Numbered from the stretch's first letter, positions 1 through 9,263 are shown. The stretch: DNA of 64,000 nucleotides from an uncultured Gammaproteobacteria bacterium (GCA_964637955.1 CAZWXQ010000001.1:118993-182992); one strand, 5' to 3'. The notes: generated by a model not told the origin, from the letters alone. Translations and numbers: made by a program.

Positions 1-9
1 AGAAAAGAA

Positions 10-1986
10 ATGAAATTTGAAGAAATTTCAAATAAAGCATTTGAAATCGGTAAAAATCTTGGAGGTAAATTTGTCACTTCGGGAGATCTTATAACTGCGT
101 ATCTGTTAACATTTGAGCCAGAAACTAAGCTTTTATTTGATAAAAAAATTCGAGAAGAAGATCTACTTAATATAAACAGATGGTCAAGAACTTGTGTTTC
201 TGAGGAACGGCCAAGAATTAGAAGAGCTAGGTTTGTTGGAGTAGGATTTGGAGAAGCACTTACTTATGGATGGACACCAGAAGCTAAGAAATATACTAAG
301 GATCACACTTTCTCGAGTATAAAAAAGAGAAGCCTTATCGAAGGCAGGGAGAAAGAATACAAACTGCTTTTGGATACAATGGAAAAGCCACAGAATAATA
401 ATGTTCTTTTGGTTGGAGAACTTGGAACTGGAAAAGATAATTTGGTTGAAAATTTTATTTATGAAAGCTATGAAGGAAAGCTTTTAAAATTAAATCACAG
501 GAGATTCCTCGAGATTATGGTTGGGGCATTCGTTGCAGGATCAACTAGTAGAGAAGATTTGGAAATCAGGCTTCAAGACATAATTGCGGAAGTAAAACAC
601 TCTGGAAATATCGTTTTATATATTCCGGAATTTCAAAACCTTATGGGTTCAAGCTCATACAATATTGATTTGTCCGGCGCTATCCTTCCATATCTTAGAG
701 ATGGAAATATGCCAATTATAGCCACGATGACCAACGGGGAATATAAGAGATTTTTTGAGAAAAATGCTCTTCGTGAAGTGTTCGAAGTGATAATGCTTGA
801 AGAACCAAGTTTTGCAGTAGCATTAAAGATGCTTTTTATGAAGACTGATGAAATAGAGCTTCAAAATAATGTAAACCTTAGTTTCGCAGCGGTGACATCA
901 GCAGTTAGATTAGCAGATAAATATGAGCCAAATTCTGTTTTGCCTGGTACTGCGGTGGACTTACTTAACGCAGCATCAAATACAGTAAAAATAAGTAGAG
1001 GAAAAAATGCAACAGTTCTCGAGGAGGATGTAGTAGCGACAGTTGAGCAAAAAAGTAAGATTCCTGTTGGAGCGCCTACTCATAAAGAAAAAATGATTCT
1101 TTTAAATCTTGAGAATGAAATGCACAAATATATTATTGGGCAAAATGAAGCAATCACAAAAGTTTCTGTAGCTCTTCGTAGGATCCGAGCTGGGTTAGCC
1201 CGCGAGAAGCCAATTTCATTTTTGTTCTTAGGTCCTACCGGTGTTGGAAAAACTGAAACTGCAAAAACACTAGCTAGGTTATATTTTGGAGGAGAAGCCC
1301 AAATTATACGACTAGATATGAGTGAGTATGGGACTTCTGATGGGCTCAATCGTCTAATTCAATCAGGAGCTGGAAGCTTTCTCGATAAAGTGGAAACTCA
1401 TCCATTTTCTCTGATTTTACTTGATGAGTTTGAAAAGGCAGATCCGAAGATCTTAAATTTATTCCTTCAGGTTTTGGATGATGGACGCATGACAGATTCG
1501 ATCGGTAAAACTGTTTCATTTAATAATACTATTATCATCTCCACAAGTAATGCAGGCTCTGAATATATAAGACAAAATGTAGATAATGAAAAAAATATTG
1601 AAAGTCAGGAACTTCTCGATTATCTTCAAAAGCAAGGAATCTATGCGCCTGAGCTTCTAAATAGATTTGATGATGTGGTAGTGTTTAATCCTCTAAATCA
1701 GGAAGAAATAGCCTCAGTCACAAGACTTGTTATGTCTGATATTACTTCAAAGCTAGCTGCTCAAGATATTAAATTAATAGTTACGAATGATGCTATAGCT
1801 AAGATTTCGAGAGATGGGTTTAATCATGAATTTGGTGCACGTCCGCTTAGGCGTTTTGTGCAAAATAATGTGGAGGATGTTATTGCCAAAATGGTTTTAT
1901 CTAGTGAGGTAAATAGAGGAGATGGTGTAGAGGTAAAAGTAGATTTAAATTCAAATCTTATAATTGAGAAAAAATCCTCAGTTTGA
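10..1986 (+). CDS. ClpC/ClpB-like AAA+ chaperone ATPase; Clp_N-like N-terminus; first nucleotide-binding module has degenerate Walker A (GELGTGKD), second module canonical (GPTGVGKTETAKTLA...LDMSEYG). Reading frame is open back to position 1, so the 5' end may lie outside the window
   Basis: Translated ORF shows Clp D2 signature motifs (GPTGVGKT Walker A, DEFEKA Walker B-like, sensor/arginine finger region NRFD) and a Clp N-domain-like start; no stop codon in frame between nt 1 and 10. Confidence 0.75.
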   Translation: MKFEEISNKAFEIGKNLGGKFVTSGDLITAYLLTFEPETKLLFDKKIREEDLLNINRWSRTCVSEERPRIRRARFVGVGFGEALTYGWTPEAKKYTKDHTFSSIKKRSLIEGREKEYKLLLDTMEKPQNNNVLLVGELGTGKDNLVENFIYESYEGKLLKLNHRRFLEIMVGAFVAGSTSREDLEIRLQDIIAEVKHSGNIVLYIPEFQNLMGSSSYNIDLSGAILPYLRDGNMPIIATMTNGEYKRFFEKNALREVFEVIMLEEPSFAVALKMLFMKTDEIELQNNVNLSFAAVTSAVRLADKYEPNSVLPGTAVDLLNAASNTVKISRGKNATVLEEDVVATVEQKSKIPVGAPTHKEKMILLNLENEMHKYIIGQNEAITKVSVALRRIRAGLAREKPISFLFLGPTGVGKTETAKTLARLYFGGEAQIIRLDMSEYGTSDGLNRLIQSGAGSFLDKVETHPFSLILLDEFEKADPKILNLFLQVLDDGRMTDSIGKTVSFNNTIIISTSNAGSEYIRQNVDNEKNIESQELLDYLQKQGIYAPELLNRFDDVVVFNPLNQEEIASVTRLVMSDITSKLAAQDIKLIVTNDAIAKISRDGFNHEFGARPLRRFVQNNVEDVIAKMVLSSEVNRGDGVEVKVDLNSNLIIEKKSSV

Positions 1987-2039
1987 ATTACCCAGTTTGA
2001 GCTGCCGAACGCCAGCTTTTGAGTTCGAATCTAATTCCC

Positions 2040-2075
2040 CTGAGAGTCCCGGTCTCGAACCATTTAATCATTATA
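2040..2075. repeat. 36-bp direct repeat copy 1 (ctgagagtcccggtctcgaaccatttaatcattata); candidate left att site of integrated element
   Basis: 35/36 nt identical to 16767-16802 in same orientation; lies in non-coding gap after clpC-like gene. Confidence 0.6.
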
Positions 2076-2079
2076 ACTT

Positions 2080-2142
2080 AAAGGGCAAGTTAGCTCCTTT
2101 TGGGCTTCTCACTTCTCCTCAAGCAACTCCCACTTGCCCTTT
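2080..2142. other. Long stem-loop: 11-bp perfect inverted repeat (aaagggcaagt / acttgcccttt) enclosing a 41-nt pyrimidine-rich loop, immediately downstream of repeat copy 1
   Basis: Read directly from sequence; arms at 2080-2090 and 2132-2142. Confidence 0.5.
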
Positions 2143-2221
2143 CTCAGATTGTATCAGTTTATGGCTAAATGAGACATGTAAGACATTTAAAAATAGTTTC
2201 TAAATCCTTTGAATTTGGTTA

Positions 2222-2256
2222 TTGACATATACCCTTATGGGGTATACGATATTGAA
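2222..2256 (+). promoter_or_regulatory. csoR promoter with embedded CsoR-type operator: -35 TTGACA (2222-2227), GC-tract palindrome TATACCC-N5-GGGTATA (2228-2246) overlapping spacer/-10 (TACGAT 2245-2250); start codon 7 nt after the -10 (leaderless-like)
   Basis: Palindrome matches the known CsoR operator architecture (e.g. B. subtilis copZA operator ATACCC...GGGGTAT); consensus -35 hexamer. Confidence 0.6.
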
Positions 2257-2529
2257 ATGAAAACACATTACGAAGATGCCAAAGAAAATGCGCAAAAAAG
2301 ATTAAACATCATTAAGGGTCAAATAGAAGGTCTTCAGAAGATGGTTGAGAATGATGAATATTGTATGGATTTATTAAACCAAAGCCTAGCAATACAGAAC
2401 TCCCTAAAAAGCTTAGATGCAGTTCTTTTTGAAAGACATCTTAAGACTCATGTTATGCATCAAATGCAAGAAGCCCCAGAAAAAGCCATAGAAGAAGTTT
2501 TAACTTTATTCAAAAAAGTAGATAAATAA
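2257..2529 (+). CDS. csoR: CsoR/RcnR-family copper-sensing transcriptional repressor (Cys-His-Cys ligand set present: YCMD...HLKTHV... )
   Basis: Protein aligns by eye to CsoR (RLxxIxGQIxGLQKMVENDxYCxDLLxQ). The true start is likely the ATG at 2257, because the upstream part of the 2209 ORF is the promoter/operator. Confidence 0.8.
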   Translation: MKTHYEDAKENAQKRLNIIKGQIEGLQKMVENDEYCMDLLNQSLAIQNSLKSLDAVLFERHLKTHVMHQMQEAPEKAIEEVLTLFKKVDK

Positions 2530-2539
2530 GGAAAATTAA

Positions 2540-4828
2540 ATGGAGACTCAAACATTTGATGTTATCGGAATGCACTGCGCTTCCTGCAGTAATATAATAA
2601 GTAAGAAGCTAAAAAAGCTCCCCGGAATTGAGTCGTGCGATGTAAATTTTGCTACAGAAAAAGCTAAAGTTAAGTTTGATTCATCCCAAGTCAATGAGGA
2701 TAAAATGAATTCTGAAATAAAGAAATTAGGATATGCATTCTCCTCTAAAGACCACACGATGATGAACTCAATGAGTGGAATGAAAAGAATGGATCATTCA
2801 CAGCATCTTGGCTTAAACCAATCTAAAGAAGCTAAGATAAAAGAGTTAAAAGAGATGATGAAAAAATTATTATTTGTTCTTCCTTTTACCGCAATTATTT
2901 TTACTTATATGATGTGGGAGATTTTAGCTAAGTTCATTCCTCAAATCCCGTCCTTAGATTTCTCAATGAGATATCTAAACACCTTCATGTTCTTGGTTAG
3001 TATTATCACTCTCTTCTGGGTAGGAAAGCCATTTATCGAAGGAGTTACTAGATTTATTAAATACAGAGCCGCAAATATGGATACGCTTATTGGAATCGGA
3101 ACTCTTACTGCATTTATTTATAGCAGCATCATTTTTCTTTTTCCTGAAGTAGCAACATTTATAAATGCTCCTGAATATGTGTATTTCGATGTCGTAATTG
3201 TAGTAATAGGATTTGTCACTTTAGGTAAATACTTGGAAACAAGATCCAAGATTAAAACTGGAGAAGCCATTGAAAAACTTATGGAGCTTGGAGCGAAAAC
3301 TGCAATTGTAAAAAGAGATGGGAAGGAATTAGAAATTCCTATTAATGAGGTGAAGATTGATGATGTTATTGTAGTAAAACCAGGTTCCAAAATCCCAACT
3401 GACGGAATAATTACAGAGGGAAAATCTAGTATTGATGAATCCATGATCAGTGGAGAGCCTATTCCTGTAGAGAAAAAAGAAGGAGACTTAGTAATCGGTG
3501 GAACGTTAAATAAACAAGGAGGGTTTCTATTTAAAGCAACCAAAGTTGGATCTGACACTATGCTTTCTCAGATCATAAAGATGGTCGAAGAGTCACAGAA
3601 TTCCAAAGCAGAAATTCAAAATTTAGCTGACAAGGTTTCATCATATTTTGTTCCAGTAGTTCTGGGTTTTGCCTTAGTAACCTTTTTTATTTGGATTACG
3701 GTTGGATTCCATTTTCTTGGTATGTCTCAAGCATTTTCTTATGGATTATTATCATTTGTAGGAATTCTAGTTATTGCATGCCCCTGTGCGCTTGGTCTTG
3801 CTATTCCAACTGCTTTAATTGTGGGTACTGGCAAAGGAGCACAGAATGGAATTCTCATTAAAAATGCAAATAGTCTTGAAAATCTTTATAAAGTTAAAAC
3901 TCTTGCTCTTGACAAGACTGGGACTATAACAAATGGAAAACCAGAAGTGACAGATGTAATTAGTCTAAGTAGCGATTATTCTGAAAAACAAATAATTGGC
4001 TTTAGCGCTAGTGTTGAAAGTTTTTCAAGTCATCCCCTAGCTATAGCTGTTATCGATAAAGCAAAAAAAGATAATGTCAAGCTTGTCAAAGCAGATGACT
4101 TCGAAGAAAAAGAAGGATCAGGAGTGAATGCAGTTATAGGTGGATATAAAGTTGAAATTAGAAAACCTAATTTAGAAGAATCAGAAAAATTATCAAGCTA
4201 TTTAAAGGATGGAAAGACAGTTATTTCAGTTGTGATTGAAAATGAATTAGTTGGCGCACTAGTAATTAACGATACAGTTAAAAGTAACGCAATTGAGTCA
4301 ATTAAAAAATTAAAAAAGATGGGAATAAAAACAGTGATGATTACAGGAGATAATAAAAAAGCTGCTGAGTATATTGGAGATAAAACGGGAATTGATAAAG
4401 TCATCTCTGAAGTCATCCCACAAGAAAAAGCAAAGATTATTGATGATTTAAAAGAGGATAATAATTCACTTGCTATGGCAGGAGATGGAATAAATGATGC
4501 ACCAGCGCTATCTCGTGCTGATGTTGGAATTGCTATGGCAACAGGAACAGACATTGCAATTGAGTCATCTGATATAGTTCTACTTAATGGTGATATTTCT
4601 AAAATTCCTCAAGCTTTTAAGCTTTCAAAGTTAACCATGAGAACAGTAAAGCAAAACTTATTCTGGGCATTTATTTATAACATAGTTGGTATTCCAATCG
4701 CAGCTGGAATCTTGTATCCTTTCTTCGGAATTGTTCTAAATCCAGTATTAGCTGGAATGGCTATGGCACTCTCATCCGTATCAGTTGTTGCAAATTCTTT
4801 ATTACTTAAAAGAGCAAAATTAGTATGA
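2540..4828 (+). CDS. copA: Copper-translocating P1B-type ATPase: N-terminal HMA domain (GMHCASC), CPC motif, DKTGT phosphorylation site, GDGINDAP
   Basis: All canonical P1B-ATPase motifs present in translation; SD-like aagga 8 nt upstream. Confidence 0.92.
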   Translation: METQTFDVIGMHCASCSNIISKKLKKLPGIESCDVNFATEKAKVKFDSSQVNEDKMNSEIKKLGYAFSSKDHTMMNSMSGMKRMDHSQHLGLNQSKEAKIKELKEMMKKLLFVLPFTAIIFTYMMWEILAKFIPQIPSLDFSMRYLNTFMFLVSIITLFWVGKPFIEGVTRFIKYRAANMDTLIGIGTLTAFIYSSIIFLFPEVATFINAPEYVYFDVVIVVIGFVTLGKYLETRSKIKTGEAIEKLMELGAKTAIVKRDGKELEIPINEVKIDDVIVVKPGSKIPTDGIITEGKSSIDESMISGEPIPVEKKEGDLVIGGTLNKQGGFLFKATKVGSDTMLSQIIKMVEESQNSKAEIQNLADKVSSYFVPVVLGFALVTFFIWITVGFHFLGMSQAFSYGLLSFVGILVIACPCALGLAIPTALIVGTGKGAQNGILIKNANSLENLYKVKTLALDKTGTITNGKPEVTDVISLSSDYSEKQIIGFSASVESFSSHPLAIAVIDKAKKDNVKLVKADDFEEKEGSGVNAVIGGYKVEIRKPNLEESEKLSSYLKDGKTVISVVIENELVGALVINDTVKSNAIESIKKLKKMGIKTVMITGDNKKAAEYIGDKTGIDKVISEVIPQEKAKIIDDLKEDNNSLAMAGDGINDAPALSRADVGIAMATGTDIAIESSDIVLLNGDISKIPQAFKLSKLTMRTVKQNLFWAFIYNIVGIPIAAGILYPFFGIVLNPVLAGMAMALSSVSVVANSLLLKRAKLV

Positions 4829-5853
4829 ATTTAGGATTAATATTCTTAACAGGTTTAACTATAGGAGGACTCACATGTCTAGCGGTTCAAGGTGGCCTTT
4901 TGGCTTCAGTTATCGCATCTAGAGAAAAAGAAGGTATCGAAAAAAAAGGAAAAGTTGATAGAATATTCCCAACTCTAGCTTTTCTTTTAGCCAAACTTTT
5001 TGCATATACTACGCTTGGCCTTGTTCTTGGAGCACTAGGATCATTTATAAGTTTAACATCTCAAGTTCAATCTTTTATTCAATTAATGGCTGGAGTTTAT
5101 ATGATAATAATTGCATTAAATTTACTTGATGTTCATCCGATTTTTCGTTATGCAGTAATCCAGCCACCTAGATTTTTAACTAAAAGAATAAGAAATCAAT
5201 CTAAAAGCTCTGATATATTTGCTCCGGCTATGTTGGGTTTAATGACCATATTTATTCCCTGTGGTACTACCCTTGCTATGGAAGCATTAGTCATAAGTAC
5301 TGCAAGCCCTATTAAGGGCGCATTGATAATGGCTACTTTTGTACTTGGGACATTTCCGATGTTTTTTGGAATTGGATATGTTACTTCTCTGCTTGGCGAA
5401 AAATTTAAAGACAATTTCTTAAGAATTGCAGCGGTATTATTATTTTTCTTAGGATTTCTATCAATATATGGCGGAATGGTGGCATTAGGTGTACCAATAT
5501 CAGTCTCTAAAGTTACAGCGTTATACAAAGTTAATTCTAATAATAGTTCTGGAAATATGTCTGTTGCTTATCCTCCTGTAAAAAATGGTTTTCAGGAAAT
5601 ATTAATTAATGTAAGTAGTAGTGGCTACACTCCGAATAATATAATTCTTAAGGCTGGTGTTCCCACCAAGCTAAATTTAAGGACCAGTAATGCGTATTCA
5701 TGTGCAATTGCATTTAGAATTCCATCTCTTAAGATGGGTGTTAATTTAAAACCTGACGGATTACAAACCTTAGAGCTGCCAAAGCTTGCTAAAGGTGACT
5801 ATTCATTTAATTGTTCTATGGGAATGTATACGGGGGTGATTAAAGTCTTATGA
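4825..5853 (+). CDS. Polytopic membrane protein (Cys-containing TM helices) with C-terminal cupredoxin_1-like putative Cu-binding domain (…KAGVPTKLNL…YSFNCSMGMYTGVIKV)
   Basis: Hydrophobic N-terminal two thirds; C-terminal ~100 aa resemble the Pfam Cupredoxin_1 pattern (C…CxMGM); start overlaps copA stop (ATGA coupling). Confidence 0.55.
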   Translation: MNLGLIFLTGLTIGGLTCLAVQGGLLASVIASREKEGIEKKGKVDRIFPTLAFLLAKLFAYTTLGLVLGALGSFISLTSQVQSFIQLMAGVYMIIIALNLLDVHPIFRYAVIQPPRFLTKRIRNQSKSSDIFAPAMLGLMTIFIPCGTTLAMEALVISTASPIKGALIMATFVLGTFPMFFGIGYVTSLLGEKFKDNFLRIAAVLLFFLGFLSIYGGMVALGVPISVSKVTALYKVNSNNSSGNMSVAYPPVKNGFQEILINVSSSGYTPNNIILKAGVPTKLNLRTSNAYSCAIAFRIPSLKMGVNLKPDGLQTLELPKLAKGDYSFNCSMGMYTGVIKVL

Positions 5854-6065
5854 AGAAAATAGTATTAGATATTCATGGAATGCACTGTAATAGTTGTGCT
5901 ATGAATATTGATTTTGATCTGGAAGATCTAGAAGGAATAAAAGAATCTAAAACAAGCTATGCAAAACAAAAATGTGAAGTAGAGTTTGATGAAGAGAACA
6001 TCTCTGAGAAAGAAATATTAAAGCAAATAAAGGAAACTGGATATGACGCTAGTTTAGCTAATTAA
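5850..6065 (+). CDS. copZ: CopZ-like heavy-metal-associated (HMA) copper chaperone, MHCNSC metal-binding motif
   Basis: 71-aa ORF with GMxCxxC ferredoxin-like HMA signature. Confidence 0.8.
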   Translation: MKKIVLDIHGMHCNSCAMNIDFDLEDLEGIKESKTSYAKQKCEVEFDEENISEKEILKQIKETGYDASLAN

Positions 6066-6067
6066 AC

Positions 6068-6583
6068 ATGAAAAGATTATTAGTAGTAATAGGTTCAATT
6101 ATATTTGTCATTCTAATTATTTTATTTGGATATAAGATCTACAGTAAAGTAACAGTTCCAAAGAAGGTCCACTATCACGCAGGTTTCATAGTTTTCAAAG
6201 ACAATAAGAAAATAAACTTCTCAGATTTTAAATATATGTATGAAAAGCCATGCACTATTAATGGAAAAGAGAATGAAGAAAGCGAAAATGAAAAATTAGA
6301 AAAAGCACATCTTCATGATAATGTTGGCGATGTCGTACATATTGAAAAATCTGGAGCTAAGTGGGGAGATTTATTTACAAATATTAAATATCCAATAGAT
6401 AAAGATGCAATTATTTATATAAACGGTAAGGAGATTAAAAACTTCCAAAAACTTTCCATTAAACCTTATGATTCCTTGGTTATGTTCATTGGGAGTAACA
6501 ATGTAAACGAGGATATAAAACAGGCACTTACGCAAAAATACATAGAAGAAATGGGAAGTAAGAGTAAAACTTGTGGTGACTAG
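6068..6583 (+). CDS. Membrane-anchored hypothetical protein with His-containing motifs (HYHAGF, HLHDNVGDVVH); part of copper cluster
   Basis: N-terminal TM helix, no recognisable family; operon position. Confidence 0.35.
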   Translation: MKRLLVVIGSIIFVILIILFGYKIYSKVTVPKKVHYHAGFIVFKDNKKINFSDFKYMYEKPCTINGKENEESENEKLEKAHLHDNVGDVVHIEKSGAKWGDLFTNIKYPIDKDAIIYINGKEIKNFQKLSIKPYDSLVMFIGSNNVNEDIKQALTQKYIEEMGSKSKTCGD

Positions 6584-6599
6584 TAAAGGAGGTGATTGA

Positions 6600-7046
6600 A
6601 TGAAAAAAGAATATTTATATGGATTAATAGGATTATTGGGAGGAATAATAATTGCATTTGTGTTTTCAGCGTCAATTGTTAAAAGCAATAATACAAATAT
6701 GATGAAAATGATGGGAATTTACGCCGTAAAAGATAATGATGATCAAGCGAATATGCCGGTTAAGCAGCACATGATGACTAGCGGAAATATGATGGGAAAT
6801 GATGAAGGCAATTCAATGACAATGAATGATATGGTTTCTGGATTAAATGGAAAAACAGGAGATGCTTTTGACAAGGCATTTATTGCAGAAATGATTCCAC
6901 ATCATCAAGGCGCAATTGATATGGCAAAACTTGTTGAAGAGAATGCAAAACATCAAGAGCTTAAAGATCTTGCTAAAGACATAATTACTGCACAGACAAA
7001 TGAAATTAAGCAGATGAGGCAGTGGCAAGCAGCTTGGGGATATTAA
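6600..7046 (+). CDS. DUF305-family protein with N-terminal TM helix and Met-rich (MMKMMG, MMTSGNMMGN, SMTMNDM) putative Cu(I)-binding region
   Basis: C-terminal half matches DUF305 signature (EMIPHHQGAIDMA...); Met-rich motifs typical of periplasmic copper binders; SD aaaggagg upstream. Confidence 0.6.
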   Translation: MKKEYLYGLIGLLGGIIIAFVFSASIVKSNNTNMMKMMGIYAVKDNDDQANMPVKQHMMTSGNMMGNDEGNSMTMNDMVSGLNGKTGDAFDKAFIAEMIPHHQGAIDMAKLVEENAKHQELKDLAKDIITAQTNEIKQMRQWQAAWGY

Positions 7047-7064
7047 TTCTTTTCTAGCAAATCT

Positions 7065-7090
7065 GAAGAAAGTTAAGATAATCTTCTTTT
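7065..7090. terminator. Weak bidirectional terminator-like hairpin (gaaga…tcttc) followed by T-run between convergent genes
   Basis: 5-bp stem plus tttt at 7088-7090 in the convergent gap 7047-7140; weak. Confidence 0.25.
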
Positions 7091-7140
7091 ACTTAAGTTT
7101 AATAGCAGTCTTAATGCTAACCTGTCATATAACTTGAATT

Positions 7141-7983
7141 CTACGACGCAGGATTTTCTAGGCTTTTAGAATACTTATTGAATCTGGTAAATTCAGTCGG
7201 ATTATAAGCATTATATATTTGTAAAAAGATTTGAAGTGTTGCGCAATAGCAAATATAGCTAACCGCTAAAATTCTCTCCGCGTCATCTGGTTTTGAATCA
7301 ATATCTAAAAAAGGCTCACGTGCTGATGCAGGGCCTCTCATATATCTTGTGAGTCCAGGCATCGTTGAATGAACTGAGTCAGAAAAATATGGATAAAATA
7401 ATGTATAAAACTTTTCCGCACTGTTATTTTCAGAAAATTTTCCAATTTTTTTAAGATGAGCGTCTATTGCGATTGTTCTGTCAAATAAAGTTGGTAGTTT
7501 GTTAACATTTTTATCTTTATATCGCTTTCTATCTTTGCTTAATAATTCAGAATTCTCTTTAATGAATATTTCCCAGTCGCCGGCTTTCTTAATTGTCCCA
7601 AATTCCATATTCCAAGTAGGATATTTATCCCAGAGTCTTTTGTGTCTTTTTGCAAATTCATTGGATTGCATGATTAGATCAGATAAAAACAATCTTGCTT
7701 TATCTTCGGATCTACTCGAATATATAAATCTTATATTTAGCCAAATTTCGAACTGCGATCTTAACAAGGATTCTCCTGGCTTTTCATAAGTAGGTGAAGA
7801 TCCCATGAGTTTTAAAATACTCTCCGAATAGCTTTGTGAGGCGCCCATCATAAAATATAAGATTCTTTTTCTTACTCTTACTCTTTTTAGATCTAAAGGG
7901 ATAGAGCTTATCTTTTTAAATCCATATACTAACGCCTCATGATATTCGTTAATTAATTCTTTTTGTTTTTCATTAAATTCCAT
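7141..7983 (-). CDS. Hypothetical protein (280 aa), no confident family assignment
   Basis: Long ORF with coding-like composition; first gene of phage-like module. Confidence 0.4.
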   Translation of the reverse strand: MEFNEKQKELINEYHEALVYGFKKISSIPLDLKRVRVRKRILYFMMGASQSYSESILKLMGSSPTYEKPGESLLRSQFEIWLNIRFIYSSRSEDKARLFLSDLIMQSNEFAKRHKRLWDKYPTWNMEFGTIKKAGDWEIFIKENSELLSKDRKRYKDKNVNKLPTLFDRTIAIDAHLKKIGKFSENNSAEKFYTLFYPYFSDSVHSTMPGLTRYMRGPASAREPFLDIDSKPDDAERILAVSYICYCATLQIFLQIYNAYNPTEFTRFNKYSKSLENPAS

Positions 7984-8050
7984 AATATTGCCAATGCAAA
8001 ATATAAATTTCTCGCCATAAAAAGTTCTCGTTATTTAATTGGTCTAATTT

Positions 8051-8278
8051 TTATCCTCTTGGTGGAAATGGATCATTTCCGTAAGTCCATTCAGTGCGAA
8101 ATTGACCACCTACTCCTTGAATTAGAATCTGTGATAAGGTTCCAGCAGGTAAACCACCAACATGTTGTTTTGCAGCTTTTATTGCTTCTGCCTGAGTAGA
8201 ATAAAAACCTTCATTGCAATGTTCGCATTGTACCTTCCATTGATTTCCATGGGATAAAACATATACTTTTTGTCTCAT
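8051..8278 (-). CDS. DUF2188-family small protein
   Basis: Matches DUF2188 pattern (…hGnqWkV…AeAikaAkq…G…ndpfP). Confidence 0.5.
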   Translation of the reverse strand: MRQKVYVLSHGNQWKVQCEHCNEGFYSTQAEAIKAAKQHVGGLPAGTLSQILIQGVGGQFRTEWTYGNDPFPPRG

Positions 8279-8340
8279 TTATTTCTCACCTCCTTTGACC
8301 CCCTCTAAGAGAAATATAAAAGAGAAGGGTACTTTTTGAA

Positions 8341-8592
8341 TTATGCATTTTTCTTCCTTCTGTTATAGGGAGACTTATTTGTGGGATGCAGAGAAAGATT
8401 TAACTCATGAGCTTTCGAATATATAGCATTTGGAGATCTTCCTAGCTCATAAGCAATTAAAGGAGTTGGTTTATTTCCTGTTATTGATTTTCTAAGCCTA
8501 GCTTCTTGTGAATCTGTCCACTGTTTGCCGTTATTTATTGGTGTTTTAGCCACTTTGATCACCTGCCTTATGAAATTTGCAATGAATAGCAA
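8341..8592 (-). CDS. Small hypothetical protein divergent from lexA (TTG start implied); possible HTH-like
   Basis: ORF only; start codon at 8590-8592 is TTG on minus strand; no internal Met. Confidence 0.3.
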   Translation of the reverse strand: MLFIANFIRQVIKVAKTPINNGKQWTDSQEARLRKSITGNKPTPLIAYELGRSPNAIYSKAHELNLSLHPTNKSPYNRRKKNA

Positions 8593-8643
8593 ATTTTCAT
8601 ATAATTAAGTTAATGTTCAGTATAGCACTATAATTTTGTGCTA
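8573..8643. promoter_or_regulatory. lexA-divergent control region with two palindromes: AAATTTGC-N8-GCAAATTT (8573-8596) and TAGCAC-tataatttt-GTGCTA (8623-8643, embracing a TATAAT hexamer)
   Basis: Inverted repeats read from sequence; positioned over candidate -10 elements of lexA promoter, consistent with autoregulatory operator. Confidence 0.4.
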
Positions 8644-8657
8644 GTCAATACTTATTT

Positions 8658-9263
8658 ATGCTAACACCACGACAAAAAGAAATTTTAGATTTTATTAAAG
8701 AATATGTAGCCAAAAATGGCTATGCTCCTACTCTTAGCGAAATCAAACAAAAATTTCAATTTCGATCAAATTCAGCTGCACATCAACATGTGGCAGCTCT
8801 TCAAAGAAAAGGATTTTTAAAAAAATTACCTTTCCAAACTAGATCTATTTCCTTATTTCAGGAGACAGATGCCATGAAGGAGATTCCCCTAGTAGGAAGA
8901 ATTGCCTTGGGAGAGCCAATAGAATCTTTTAATGCACAGGAAACAATAAACGTACCGGATATGCTGGTTTCAAAAAGCGGACAATATTATGCTTTAGAAG
9001 CAAGAGGCAACAGCATGAATGATGATGGAATTCTAAATGGCGATCTAATTATTGTTAGGCAAACTAGTTATGCTGAAAATGGAGATATAGTTGTTGCATT
9101 AGTTCCTGATGGTGGAGCAACCCTAAAAAGGTTTTATAATCTAGGTAATAAAATTGAACTGAGGCCTAAGTCTCTGGATTCAGAGTTTATGTCCAAATTT
9201 TATCCATATGGAGAAGTTGAGGTGCAAGGGATATTTTCTGGATTAATAAGGAGAGAATTATAA
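8658..9263 (+). CDS. lexA: LexA-family repressor (N-terminal winged HTH, C-terminal S24 peptidase with Ser in GNSM and Lys in LKRF); putative autocleavage site reads Leu-Gly (IALGEP) rather than canonical Ala-Gly
   Basis: Domain order and catalytic dyad motifs present in translation. Confidence 0.8.
   Translation: MLTPRQKEILDFIKEYVAKNGYAPTLSEIKQKFQFRSNSAAHQHVAALQRKGFLKKLPFQTRSISLFQETDAMKEIPLVGRIALGEPIESFNAQETINVPDMLVSKSGQYYALEARGNSMNDDGILNGDLIIVRQTSYAENGDIVVALVPDGGATLKRFYNLGNKIELRPKSLDSEFMSKFYPYGEVEVQGIFSGLIRREL

Noticed and set aside
1080-1349. Antisense ORFs inside long genes (for example 1080-1349, 2548-2757, 3118-3558, 4198-4554, 5196-5528, 20038-20339, 33591-33821, 35010-35195)
   Set aside because: Embedded within well-supported CDSs on the opposite strand or in an alternative frame, with biased low-complexity translations; artefacts of AT-rich sequence
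1990-2075. Possible tRNA or tRNA fragment as integration target (gagttcgaatc and ggtctcgaacc resemble T-loop sequences)
   Set aside because: Could not fold either repeat-flanking region into a cloverleaf: no complementary T-stem or acceptor stem on either strand
1964-2203. 79-aa ORF spanning the clpC end, direct repeat and hairpin
   Set aside because: Overlaps the 36-bp repeat and a long stem-loop, has low-complexity Pro/Ser composition, and no start context; most likely non-coding
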